From an uncultured Bacilli bacterium (GTDB lineage Bacteria > Bacillota_I > Bacilli_A > RF39 > UBA660): a stretch of 45,850 nt of DNA. The notes under the pieces were generated by a model. It saw nothing but the letters and a program-made list of their open reading frames with translations. It had not been told where the DNA came from and did not search any database. How positions within the stretch are numbered: position 1 is the stretch's first letter; each line of letters begins with the position of its first letter. The DNA lies in assembly GCA_947624135.1 (NCBI GenBank), contig CANQIV010000002.1, positions 1-45,850 on the forward strand, written 5' to 3'. The translations under genes were made by a program, and so were the position numbers. This document shows, one piece after another, positions 18,860 through 27,578 of the stretch.

Positions 18860-19907
18860 CTATTTCTCCTATCTCTACTTGGTTTATACTGTTAAATCTT
18901 TTTGTTATTTTATCTGTTGTAGTATATATATCTTTAACATCACGACTTACTGTTTCTATGCTTCTATATAATTTATCCCATCTATCTTTATAACGTTTAA
19001 ATTCTTCATCTAAAAGTCTAAGTTCATTATGAATAACTTTAGTATATTTGTCTCTTTCTATATTTTTAAGTATTATTTGTATTGTTGTAAGTGTACTTAT
19101 TAAAGTAGTTGGGCTTGTTATCCATACTCTATTTTTATATGCATAATCTAATATATCTGTGTGATATGCATTAACCTCTGCAAATATAGCTTCTGCTGGT
19201 AAAAAAAGAATTGCTTGATCACTAGTTTCACCAGGTATTATATATTTAGTGCTTATTGCATCGATATGTTTTTTCATATCACTCTTAAACATTTTTTCTG
19301 CATGTTCTCTTATAGAAGCACTGTTGTTTTTATCAACCATTATTTGATAGTGCTCCAAAGGGAATTTAGAATCGATTGCTATTGTTCCAAGTGGTTCTGG
19401 TGTAAAAAGTACACAATCTGCTATTGTACCATTTGAAAGTGTGTATTGTGTTTTATATATTTTATCATTATTTAAACCAAATACATTAGATAGAATGTGT
19501 TCTAAATTTACCTCACCAAATATTCCTCTTGTTTTTTTATCTGTTAAAACTCCTTGTAGTGATACTATATCACCAGATAAGGTATCTATCTTTTTTTGTG
19601 CTTCATCTATTTTTGATAATCTTTCAAGTACATTTGTAAATGTCTTATTTGTTTTTTCAAAGTTTTCATCTAATCTTTCGTTTACTTTATCATTTATTAA
19701 TCTAAGTCTATTATCTAATTTTTCTGTTTGATTATTGAAATCAGTAGTTAAACTATGTGAAAAATCATTTTTAAAGTCTCCTATTTCTTTTATTAAACTT
19801 ATTTCTAATTTATTTATTTTATCATCTGAATTATTATTCTTTTTTAGTAGTAATATAACTATTAAAACTAATATTATTATTAACAGAGCTAAAACTATAT
19901 ATTCCAT
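18843..19907 (-). CDS. rmuC: DNA recombination protein RmuC
   Basis: N-terminal TM, a long coiled coil, then GIFGEVNLEHIL...IAIDSKFPLEHY...LFLPAEAIF, characteristic of RmuC. Confidence 0.88.
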   Translation of the reverse strand: MEYIVLALLIIILVLIVILLLKKNNNSDDKINKLEISLIKEIGDFKNDFSHSLTTDFNNQTEKLDNRLRLINDKVNERLDENFEKTNKTFTNVLERLSKIDEAQKKIDTLSGDIVSLQGVLTDKKTRGIFGEVNLEHILSNVFGLNNDKIYKTQYTLSNGTIADCVLFTPEPLGTIAIDSKFPLEHYQIMVDKNNSASIREHAEKMFKSDMKKHIDAISTKYIIPGETSDQAILFLPAEAIFAEVNAYHTDILDYAYKNRVWITSPTTLISTLTTIQIILKNIERDKYTKVIHNELRLLDEEFKRYKDRWDKLYRSIETVSRDVKDIYTTTDKITKRFNSINQVEIGEIDDKEN

Positions 19908-19982
19908 ATTAACTACCTTCTTTCTATATTAAAACTATATACATTATATTATAACATTAATTGTTTGTAAAGTTTTTGATTT

Positions 19983-20007
19983 AAAAAAAATAAGCAGAAA
20001 CTGCTTA
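19983..20007 (-). terminator. Rho-independent terminator closing the rhodanese / T4SS transcription unit
   Basis: On the minus strand: TAAGCAG-TTT-CTGCTTA followed by TTTTTTTT. It overlaps the rhodanese stop codon. Confidence 0.75.
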
Positions 20008-20292
20008 TTCACTTAAAATCCATGCCTCATACCCACCTTGAATATTTACTACACTAAATCCTTTATTTGTAAGTATTTGACATAATTTTCTACTTTGTAT
20101 TCCTTTTTGACAATATATATAATATCTATTACTTTTATTTAAATATTTATCTGGATTTATTAATAATTGATTTAATTCTATATTTACTGCATTTTTTATA
20201 TGATTATTATTGTATTGTTCCATGTTCCTTATATCTATTAAGTTTATATTATCAAGTTTTTTGAGTTCAGATACAGAAATACTATTAATCAT
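20005..20292 (-). CDS. Single-domain rhodanese-like sulfurtransferase
   Basis: 95 aa with active-site loop YCQKGIQS and C-terminal GGYEAW. Confidence 0.85.
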   Translation of the reverse strand: MINSISVSELKKLDNINLIDIRNMEQYNNNHIKNAVNIELNQLLINPDKYLNKSNRYYIYCQKGIQSRKLCQILTNKGFSVVNIQGGYEAWILSE

Positions 20293-20356
20293 ATAACCAC
20301 CCTAATACATTATATGAGGTGATTTATATTTTATAAAGTTAAAAAGTTTATAAACC

Positions 20357-22414
20357 TTATTCATCTGCAAAGAAATCATCAAAAAATTCATCATCTGTAA
20401 TACCATTTTTAGTATTATTTTGACTTTCCTGATTATTTGGTTCAGGATTAATTATGTCTTTATTATCAATTTCTTCAATAGTTGTATGATTTTCTAATTT
20501 TTTATTAGCCTGTGCTTTAGCAGTTTCTTGTTTTTCTTCTTCTTCAATTTCTGCTATTTTTGCATCAATTCTTTTTATAATATCATCTACATTTAATCCC
20601 ATACCAGGATTCATTTGTGGTTTACTCATAAATGGATTAAATGGCATATCAGGCATTTTAGGTGGTATATCCCCATTTAACATTCCATTTATTTTTTCTT
20701 CTCTTTTTTTATTTACAAAACCTTTTATATCAAATGTTTTTACCTCTGTTTTATCTCTATGTGGATATTCAGCTTTAGGAAATTGATGTCCCCAATTCAT
20801 TTCAAAATTAGGAGTTAATTTTGTTTTAAAAGGCATTGTTCTAAGTCTTAATATTATTGTTTCCCATTGTTTTAATCTTTGTAAATCACTTACTGTAACA
20901 AGAGGTGTTGAAGAGGTTTTTTCTTTTTCTTTGGATTTAACCTCTCCACACATTTTACTTATTTCTTCAAGTGCGGAAAGTTCTGTACTTATTAAATAAA
21001 TAATATTACCACAGTTACCTTTTATTGTCTCTCCATTTTCTTTTCCATAAACTTCATATAATTGTGCGAAGTTTTGGATAATGAATGTAAATCTTATATT
21101 TCTTGAACGGGCTGCTGTTACCATTGTTGTTACGTCTTTTAAAGGAGGCATATTAGCAAATTCATCTAGTATAAAATTTGTTCTGTGTAAAAGTTTACCA
21201 TTTGATTCTTGCGCTACTGATATTAATGTTTCGTAACACTGCTTTAAAAAGATAGTAACAAGTGAGTGATATGTTCTTTTTTCATCTTGTATTACTATAA
21301 ATACTGCTGTCTTTTTTCTTCCTATATCACGCATATCAAAATCATTATTTGAAAGCATTTCTGATAAATTAGCTCTTGATGCGAATAACTGTATTTTTTG
21401 TTTAAATACTGATAAGATACTTCCTTTAGTTTCTGAAGGAGCCATCAAAGTAGAAGATGCTTTAGTGTATGCTGTACTTGCTGGATTTTTATAACTAAAA
21501 TAATCTTTTATATAAGTAGTATTGGCAAGTTTTTCTTCACCTACTGTTGTCATTAAACTGATACTATTTAAATTAATTTCATCTGGTGCGGCATCTTCAA
21601 AAAGAGCACATGCAAGTCCTGCAAAATAATCTGCTGATGTATTTTCCCAGAATGGATCTTGACCTTTTGCTGTTGGATCATGCAATATATTAGCGGCTAA
21701 ATCTTCAAGTAATTCTATAGATTTATCTATATTTCCAGCTTTATAAAGTGAATATGGTAAATACATAGGATTCCATGCATTACCTTGCTGTGGATCACGG
21801 AAATTAAGTAATACAATATTGTATCCTAAGCTTCTTAAATAATTAGATGTGTTTTCGTATATTTCACCTTTTGGGTCTGTAATTATCATTGATTCATCAT
21901 GTTTTGCAAGTAAATTAACCATAGGCAAAACTGTAGTTTGAGTTTTACCTGCACCAGTAGAACCTATTACAAGGTTATGATATCCACCATTATCTACCCA
22001 AACTTTTTTTGGAGTCATCATAAGTGGTATACCTGCTGCATCAGCTTTTGGAGAAAGAGGATCTACTGCTTTAACATCTAATCCATTTTGTATCTCACTT
22101 TCTTTAGCCCATCTTGAATAATTATTTTCTTTCTTTTCACCTATTATTAAACCTATACCTTTTTCATCTTTTTCTCTTTCAAATATTTTTGATTTAACTC
22201 CTAAAAACATAGCTATTAATCCTGCAAAAAACAAGACAAGAGTGGTTGCTAAATTCTTAGGCATAAAGGCTAAGAAAAAATTAATTGTAAATGGTTCATT
22301 ATTTATAAATGCAGAAACATTTACAACTGCTAAAGCTATAATTATTAGCCATGCAACTGAAAAAGCACAAAAAACTGACATATCTCTAGCATTTGCTCTA
22401 AATCTTAATTTCAT
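20357..22414 (-). CDS. Type IV coupling protein (VirD4/TraG/TcpA family)
   Basis: Two N-terminal TM segments, Walker A GSTGAGKT, DPKGE, and Walker B ILDEFAN. The C-terminal tail is acidic/aromatic (DDEFFDDFFADE). Confidence 0.88.
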   Translation of the reverse strand: MKLRFRANARDMSVFCAFSVAWLIIIALAVVNVSAFINNEPFTINFFLAFMPKNLATTLVLFFAGLIAMFLGVKSKIFEREKDEKGIGLIIGEKKENNYSRWAKESEIQNGLDVKAVDPLSPKADAAGIPLMMTPKKVWVDNGGYHNLVIGSTGAGKTQTTVLPMVNLLAKHDESMIITDPKGEIYENTSNYLRSLGYNIVLLNFRDPQQGNAWNPMYLPYSLYKAGNIDKSIELLEDLAANILHDPTAKGQDPFWENTSADYFAGLACALFEDAAPDEINLNSISLMTTVGEEKLANTTYIKDYFSYKNPASTAYTKASSTLMAPSETKGSILSVFKQKIQLFASRANLSEMLSNNDFDMRDIGRKKTAVFIVIQDEKRTYHSLVTIFLKQCYETLISVAQESNGKLLHRTNFILDEFANMPPLKDVTTMVTAARSRNIRFTFIIQNFAQLYEVYGKENGETIKGNCGNIIYLISTELSALEEISKMCGEVKSKEKEKTSSTPLVTVSDLQRLKQWETIILRLRTMPFKTKLTPNFEMNWGHQFPKAEYPHRDKTEVKTFDIKGFVNKKREEKINGMLNGDIPPKMPDMPFNPFMSKPQMNPGMGLNVDDIIKRIDAKIAEIEEEEKQETAKAQANKKLENHTTIEEIDNKDIINPEPNNQESQNNTKNGITDDEFFDDFFADE

Positions 22415-22422
22415 TATATCAC

Positions 22423-22908
22423 CTAAATTTCTATTGTAGTATCGTCTAAATAAACCTCATATTCCATAACACTAAATACTCTAAATATATAAAGATTATC
22501 TAGTTTATCATATACGTAATAACAAACCTCGTCTCCACAACTTTTCTTACCATATTTTGAAACAGTCATGTTTAATAAATTTATAGAATTTACATAATTT
22601 TTAAACGTTTCTATATTTGGATATTTAATATTTCTATATTCTTCATTGAGTAAATTATAAGCTTCATTTATATCATTCATAAGAAAATTTTTATAATCTG
22701 TTAAATATGCATTTGACATTTGTTCTTCGCTAGTACTAACTAAAGAATATTCATTAATGCCATATTTTTTTGGTGTTAAAACAAAATTTTCATCGGGTGT
22801 TAATATTTGTTGACGACCTTTATAGTATCTAACAAGTACTATAGCAAGTATTATAACAAATATTCCAATTGGTATTATAAGTAATTTATTTTCTTTTATT
22901 TCTTTCAT
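22423..22908 (-). CDS. Small N-terminally anchored protein, possible NTF2-like (VirB8/TcpC-type) T4SS component
   Basis: 161 aa with one TM. The segment AYNLLNEEYRNIKYPNIETFKNYV parallels the neighbouring gene. The fold assignment is inferred only. Confidence 0.5.
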   Translation of the reverse strand: MKEIKENKLLIIPIGIFVIILAIVLVRYYKGRQQILTPDENFVLTPKKYGINEYSLVSTSEEQMSNAYLTDYKNFLMNDINEAYNLLNEEYRNIKYPNIETFKNYVNSINLLNMTVSKYGKKSCGDEVCYYVYDKLDNLYIFRVFSVMEYEVYLDDTTIEI

Positions 22909-23414
22909 TTTTTATCACCAAACATTTCACCATCATAAGGCATTATTGAAAATGTTAAATTTGATTGATCCATAATGACTATAACATAATAAATTTGTTT
23001 TTCACTAGTTTGAAAAATTGTATTTGTCTGAATATATCCTTTTACATAATATTTATATACATTTTTTGATAATCTTTGCTCAAAAATTTTACGTGCATTA
23101 AAAGATATATCACCTTCAACATTACCAATATAATTATATATATTATCTTTTGTTATATTATTTTCTTTTTTATATGTTTCATCTAATAATAAATATAAAT
23201 TGTCATTATCTTTAGCTGATAAATATGTTAGATATTTATATACACAAGATGAAACTGTATAAAATCTATTATTATCTTTAACAACTGAAATAGTCTTTGT
23301 ATCTATTTTTTCTTCTTTAGGCTTACTAAAAAAGATTTTATATATACCAAGTATTAATAATATTATGACTAAAACAATAGCTAATATTTTTTTGTTTCTT
23401 TCTTCGTTATCCAT
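22905..23414 (-). CDS. Small N-terminally anchored protein, paralogue of 22423-22908
   Basis: 169 aa with one TM. The segment LYLLLDETYKKENNITKDNIYNYI parallels its neighbour. There is a 4-nt overlap with the next gene. Confidence 0.5.
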   Translation of the reverse strand: MDNEERNKKILAIVLVIILLILGIYKIFFSKPKEEKIDTKTISVVKDNNRFYTVSSCVYKYLTYLSAKDNDNLYLLLDETYKKENNITKDNIYNYIGNVEGDISFNARKIFEQRLSKNVYKYYVKGYIQTNTIFQTSEKQIYYVIVIMDQSNLTFSIMPYDGEMFGDKK

Positions 23415-23422
23415 ATTATCTC

Positions 23423-24847
23423 CTATAATCCAAACATATCATATCTAAATTCTATTTTTTGATTTAATTGATAAACTGTATAATCATTTTGTTCACAAAC
23501 TGTAGTTCTAGATTCTTCACTACAATTGTCATAATCAGTACATGATGGATTTGTAACGCAATAATTATCATCATTATATATATATTTTAATACACCACAT
23601 CCACCAAGTCCAGAACTACCTGGATTATATCTATAATCTCCTACCCAAGAATATACTGATTGCATACCTGCTAGTGTTCCAGGTAATCCATGCCCTGCAT
23701 CATCACAACCTGCATTATGTCTATCGTTATATCTTTGTGTAATCATAGAAGCAAGGCTTCCACCTTCATTATATTTTGAGAGTACCTCAGCATAAGCTGC
23801 TACTCCTTCTGACATACTTGAAAATGTTGGCCCATCACTACAAGTTTTTCCATTTGGTATATTTATTCCCCAATAATTTCCTGTATATGCACAAGGTATA
23901 AAACTTGATTCTGCCCTTGCAGTTACAACTACAAGTTCTGGATTTACATTATTTTCTACCGAAGCATCATATATTTCTTCTGCTTTTGATAAAAAATTAT
24001 TTTTAAAATTTTCATCATGTTTTCTATCATAATAATCTTGCATTTTTGCTACAAACTCTGCTTTTGATAAAGATGTTGTAGTTAGTGAAAATGAATCTGA
24101 AGATGCAGATGATGATGATAATGGTCTTGGATCATTAAAATCAATAAATGGTTCTGGATCTATTCTATCATCATTGACATTATATATTTCAAAATGTAGA
24201 TGGATTCCAAGTGAAAATCCACTATTTCCCATTTTACCTATAACTTGTCCTTGTTCAACAACATCGCCAGCCATTACTGTTATACTACCTTTAGCTAAAT
24301 GTGCATAATTTGTATAAGTACCATCAGCATGTTTAATTTTTACATGGTTTCCCCATCCACCAGCATCATTGGGATTTCCATTATCTTCAAAATTAATTTG
24401 AGAACTATCTGTTGGATAAACTACTACTCCGCTTTTAGAAGCTATTATATTTATCTCACCTACTACAGTTCCACCATCAATAGCAAAATCTATTCCTTTA
24501 TGTGGACTATCTCCTCTAAAGGCTTCTTGACTTTCAAAATGTGAAGATATAGATGACGCAGGTGGCATACCATCAGCATACAATTTTCCATTAACCTCTC
24601 TTGTTTCATTACTACCTATTGGTAACCAATATTTATTAGAATTAGTAGCAGGTTTTATTTTTACCTCTTCTACTTTTTCACCAGCTAAATCTTCATACTG
24701 TTCTTTCGCATCATATATTTCATTAATCAAATTTTCTATAGTTGACTCATTTTCTGAATTAATATATTCGTATGCATATATAATATTTTGATTAAAGTAA
24801 AATAATGTTAATAACACTATAACTAACTTACTTATTTTTTTTAACAT
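23423..24847 (-). CDS. Secreted bifunctional cell-wall hydrolase: M23 metallopeptidase plus a C-terminal lysozyme-like (SLT/GH73-type) domain
   Basis: Signal/anchor at the N-terminus. M23 motifs HKGIDF and GIHLHFE are present. The C-terminal part has TARAESSF...NYWGINIP, resembling the catalytic Glu region of muramidase/glucosaminidase domains. Confidence 0.8.
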   Translation of the reverse strand: MLKKISKLVIVLLTLFYFNQNIIYAYEYINSENESTIENLINEIYDAKEQYEDLAGEKVEEVKIKPATNSNKYWLPIGSNETREVNGKLYADGMPPASSISSHFESQEAFRGDSPHKGIDFAIDGGTVVGEINIIASKSGVVVYPTDSSQINFEDNGNPNDAGGWGNHVKIKHADGTYTNYAHLAKGSITVMAGDVVEQGQVIGKMGNSGFSLGIHLHFEIYNVNDDRIDPEPFIDFNDPRPLSSSSASSDSFSLTTTSLSKAEFVAKMQDYYDRKHDENFKNNFLSKAEEIYDASVENNVNPELVVVTARAESSFIPCAYTGNYWGINIPNGKTCSDGPTFSSMSEGVAAYAEVLSKYNEGGSLASMITQRYNDRHNAGCDDAGHGLPGTLAGMQSVYSWVGDYRYNPGSSGLGGCGVLKYIYNDDNYCVTNPSCTDYDNCSEESRTTVCEQNDYTVYQLNQKIEFRYDMFGL

Positions 24848-24863
24848 TATTTCACCTCCAAAA

Positions 24864-25520
24864 TCATATTTTATTATTTGCCTTATTTCTTTTATTTATA
24901 ACATACAATACTGATACAATAATAACTATTACTATTAAAACTAAAACAATTGTCATTTTACCATCAGTATTTATTTTTTCTTTATAAGAAAATTTAATAT
25001 TTTTATTACCATCTTTAGTTATATTCCATATATATGAATTACCTTTTTTTTCATCAGCATTGCTATCGATTACTTTATGATTAGTATTAATAACAACTCT
25101 AACATTATCTAAAAGTTCATAATATTCGTAACACTTAAAATCTTTTCCTGTTTCAACTGTTACTATTCCATTTTCTATTTCAATTTTAGGATTACTGTAA
25201 CATGTATTTAATCCACCTAAAACCTCTATTTCATCATTTTTTTTTGCAGAATTATACTCAATACCTAATGTATCACTCGTATTTATTTCTTTAATATTGT
25301 ATTTTGGTTCAGCAAATGGATCTTTATAATTAACTATGCTTTCAAATAATTCTCTTATTGTAGAACCACTTTCTAATTTTTTATCAAAAAGTGTAGGATT
25401 ATTTTCAACTAATTTTAAATTTTCTGTTATTTTATTATTTTTTATAGTAATTTCATAGTTAGCAGAACAGCCAGTTAAAAGAAATATACATATTATTATC
25501 AAAATTTTTTTAAATTTCAT
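24864..25520 (-). CDS. Lipoprotein with an additional C-terminal TM anchor (T4SS-associated)
   Basis: Lipobox in MKFKKILIIICIFLLTGCS and C-terminal MTIVLVLIVIVIIVSVLYVI. Start ATG 25520 has GAAGGA upstream. The ORF track start is 25544. Confidence 0.7.
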   Translation of the reverse strand: MKFKKILIIICIFLLTGCSANYEITIKNNKITENLKLVENNPTLFDKKLESGSTIRELFESIVNYKDPFAEPKYNIKEINTSDTLGIEYNSAKKNDEIEVLGGLNTCYSNPKIEIENGIVTVETGKDFKCYEYYELLDNVRVVINTNHKVIDSNADEKKGNSYIWNITKDGNKNIKFSYKEKINTDGKMTIVLVLIVIVIIVSVLYVINKRNKANNKI

Positions 25521-25521
25521 A

Positions 25522-27558
25522 TTAATCCTTCTTTTCATATACAATTACATATTGAATGATATCATTCGCATAAGCTTCAAATAATTTTGGATTATCATTT
25601 TTCGCTGGATCAATTATGTATACCTCATTATTTTCTATATCAACATAATCAATAGCTACATAATGTGATGTGGCTAAGCTTGGTAAATACATTTGTAAAA
25701 CCATATAATAATTTTCTTTATTAAATTCGTTTAATTTTTCTACTATGCTTTTTCTTCCCAAAACTCTAAGGTTTGCTTCATCAACCTCTACAAAGTTTGG
25801 CGCAAGTTTTTGTTGGCTTCCCCAAATATAAATACCATCACTAAATGTAAATGTTTTAGCTGCAACACTAGGATCTATTGGAGTTATAGTTGTTTTTGTT
25901 CCACTACGTGCGATTTGCATCGCAATTGATGTAATTAAGCAACCCCACTTGCATATTGTATGAGCACTGTTTTGTAGTGTAACACTACCCCATTTTGAAT
26001 CACATTGTTTCCATGTTCTCCAATTTCCAGGATTTTGATTTGGTTTTATCGTTGTTCCACCAGTTGATGGAGTTTGTGGATTTTGCGATGAACCAGTTGA
26101 TGAGCCAGGTGTTGGTTTTGCATTTAAAGGAACCTCTTCTTCTAAAAAATATTTCTTCTCTAAAAATTGTTTTAAAAAATCTCTATATTTTTCATCATCA
26201 TCTCGCCATTTTGGTTCGGATACATTATAAGTTTCACCTTCGTCACATTCTAATACTTGTGTACCTATTTGGTCATCTACTATTTCATTTTGTTTAGTTA
26301 CTTTACCATCTTCATCTGTACATGTTTCAGTGGCATATTTAGTAAACATGTGTTGAACTAATATCTCTATATCATGTTCACTTGTACTAAGCGTTGTTAC
26401 ATAACTTGACCAATCTTTATCATAATCAAAATTTGATAAATAGTCATCGTCTTTTATTTCTGCTCTATCTGCAGCACTTAAATTTAATCTAAATACTTCG
26501 TTCATATCATCTGATTGAATAATTAAAGTTGACATAAGTAGTGGTAAATCAATTTCTACTTTATATTCATCTCTATATACTTTATATATATTAAGCAATT
26601 TAAAGAAGAAATCGTATACCATATTTTCATCATATTCTCTAGCCATATCAGTAACTGATGGATAAAAATCTCTTAATTGAGATAAATCTGCTTCATTATA
26701 TTTTCTTACTTTTGCTGTTGATACTAAATTAGATTTCAATTTAGAATTTACAAACTTTAAATTTCTATCGCCTAAATCAATGTAAGCAACATCATCTGTT
26801 ATTTCTTCATTAACATCATCTTCTTTTGCTTCATTTATTTTGTTTTCAGCATCAGTTGCAGATATTGAATCTGCATGACCCAATTTTACTGAATTTAAAT
26901 ATATTTGTGATGCTGAAATCATAAGGCAACAAAAGACAATTATACCAAAAGATGGCCCCATAGCTATTAAAGCCCACTTAATAACTTTTAAAGGTACTTT
27001 AAATACTGCTTGAAGGGAACTATCCTCTTCTTGTTCTTGAACCTCATTTTGTCCCATTATTCCTCCAAGTAAATTGGTTAATGGATTCTTTTTCTTTTTT
27101 TTATTTCCAAATTTTTGTATGATATCAGTACTTGATGATTCATCATTTGCTGCATTGAGATTTGCACCTTGGTTGTTTGGATTAGAATTTGTTTGTGGAT
27201 TAATTCCATTATTTGGCATTAAACCATTTCTATTATTTGGATTAATACCTCTATTTGGGTTAATACCACTATTTGAATTAATACCACTACTTGGATTATT
27301 CAAGCCACTAGAATTATTATTCATATTATTTGATGGGGTATTTGGATTATTTTGTAAATTTCTACCTCCACCTAAATTATTATGATTATTACTAGACATC
27401 ATTGGTTTACTACTTTTTTGATTTTTATTAAAATTTTTTAAATTTCTATCATATGAATTTACTTTTTGATGTAATCTTTGTGCTTCATTAGAGGCATTTA
27501 AATTCTTCATATAATTTTCTTTATTATTTTTTGCTAAAGTTTCTTGGTTATTATTCAT
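25522..27558 (-). CDS. Membrane protein with an N-terminal Asn/Pro/Gly-rich disordered region and a C-terminal papain-like (peptidase C39-like) domain
   Basis: 678 aa with AGGAGG SD. Residues ~40-137 are low-complexity. A TM segment follows (WALIAMGPSFGIIVFCCLMISA). The C-terminus has Q...CKWGCLITSIAMQIA ... SHYVAIDYVD ... IIDP, which fits a Cys/His/Asp triad arrangement. Confidence 0.65.
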   Translation of the reverse strand: MNNNQETLAKNNKENYMKNLNASNEAQRLHQKVNSYDRNLKNFNKNQKSSKPMMSSNNHNNLGGGRNLQNNPNTPSNNMNNNSSGLNNPSSGINSNSGINPNRGINPNNRNGLMPNNGINPQTNSNPNNQGANLNAANDESSSTDIIQKFGNKKKKKNPLTNLLGGIMGQNEVQEQEEDSSLQAVFKVPLKVIKWALIAMGPSFGIIVFCCLMISASQIYLNSVKLGHADSISATDAENKINEAKEDDVNEEITDDVAYIDLGDRNLKFVNSKLKSNLVSTAKVRKYNEADLSQLRDFYPSVTDMAREYDENMVYDFFFKLLNIYKVYRDEYKVEIDLPLLMSTLIIQSDDMNEVFRLNLSAADRAEIKDDDYLSNFDYDKDWSSYVTTLSTSEHDIEILVQHMFTKYATETCTDEDGKVTKQNEIVDDQIGTQVLECDEGETYNVSEPKWRDDDEKYRDFLKQFLEKKYFLEEEVPLNAKPTPGSSTGSSQNPQTPSTGGTTIKPNQNPGNWRTWKQCDSKWGSVTLQNSAHTICKWGCLITSIAMQIARSGTKTTITPIDPSVAAKTFTFSDGIYIWGSQQKLAPNFVEVDEANLRVLGRKSIVEKLNEFNKENYYMVLQMYLPSLATSHYVAIDYVDIENNEVYIIDPAKNDNPKLFEAYANDIIQYVIVYEKKD
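27196..27309 (-). repeat. Imperfect in-frame ~18-nt tandem repeats encoding (S/R/N)GINPN units
   Basis: Repeated ATTTGGATTAATACC-like units on the plus strand. The protein reads SGINSNSGINPNRGINPNNRNGLMPNNGINPQ. Confidence 0.7.
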
Positions 27559-27578
27559 TTAAATACCTCCTATCTTTA

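Noticed and set aside
20293-20356. Paired TTTATAAA palindromes after virD4 as a possible oriT or terminator
   Set aside because: The 8-mers are entirely A/T and expected by chance at this composition. No GC-containing stem, nick-site-like motif or clear T-tract is present. At most this is a weak terminator or operator.
27074-27385. Plus-strand ORF with a striking GLIPLFG repeat
   Set aside because: It is the antisense reading of the Asn/Pro/Gly repeat region of the 678-aa minus-strand gene. The periodicity comes from the same ~18-nt DNA repeats, not from an independent gene or a CRISPR-like array: there are no unique spacers and the units are only ~18 nt.
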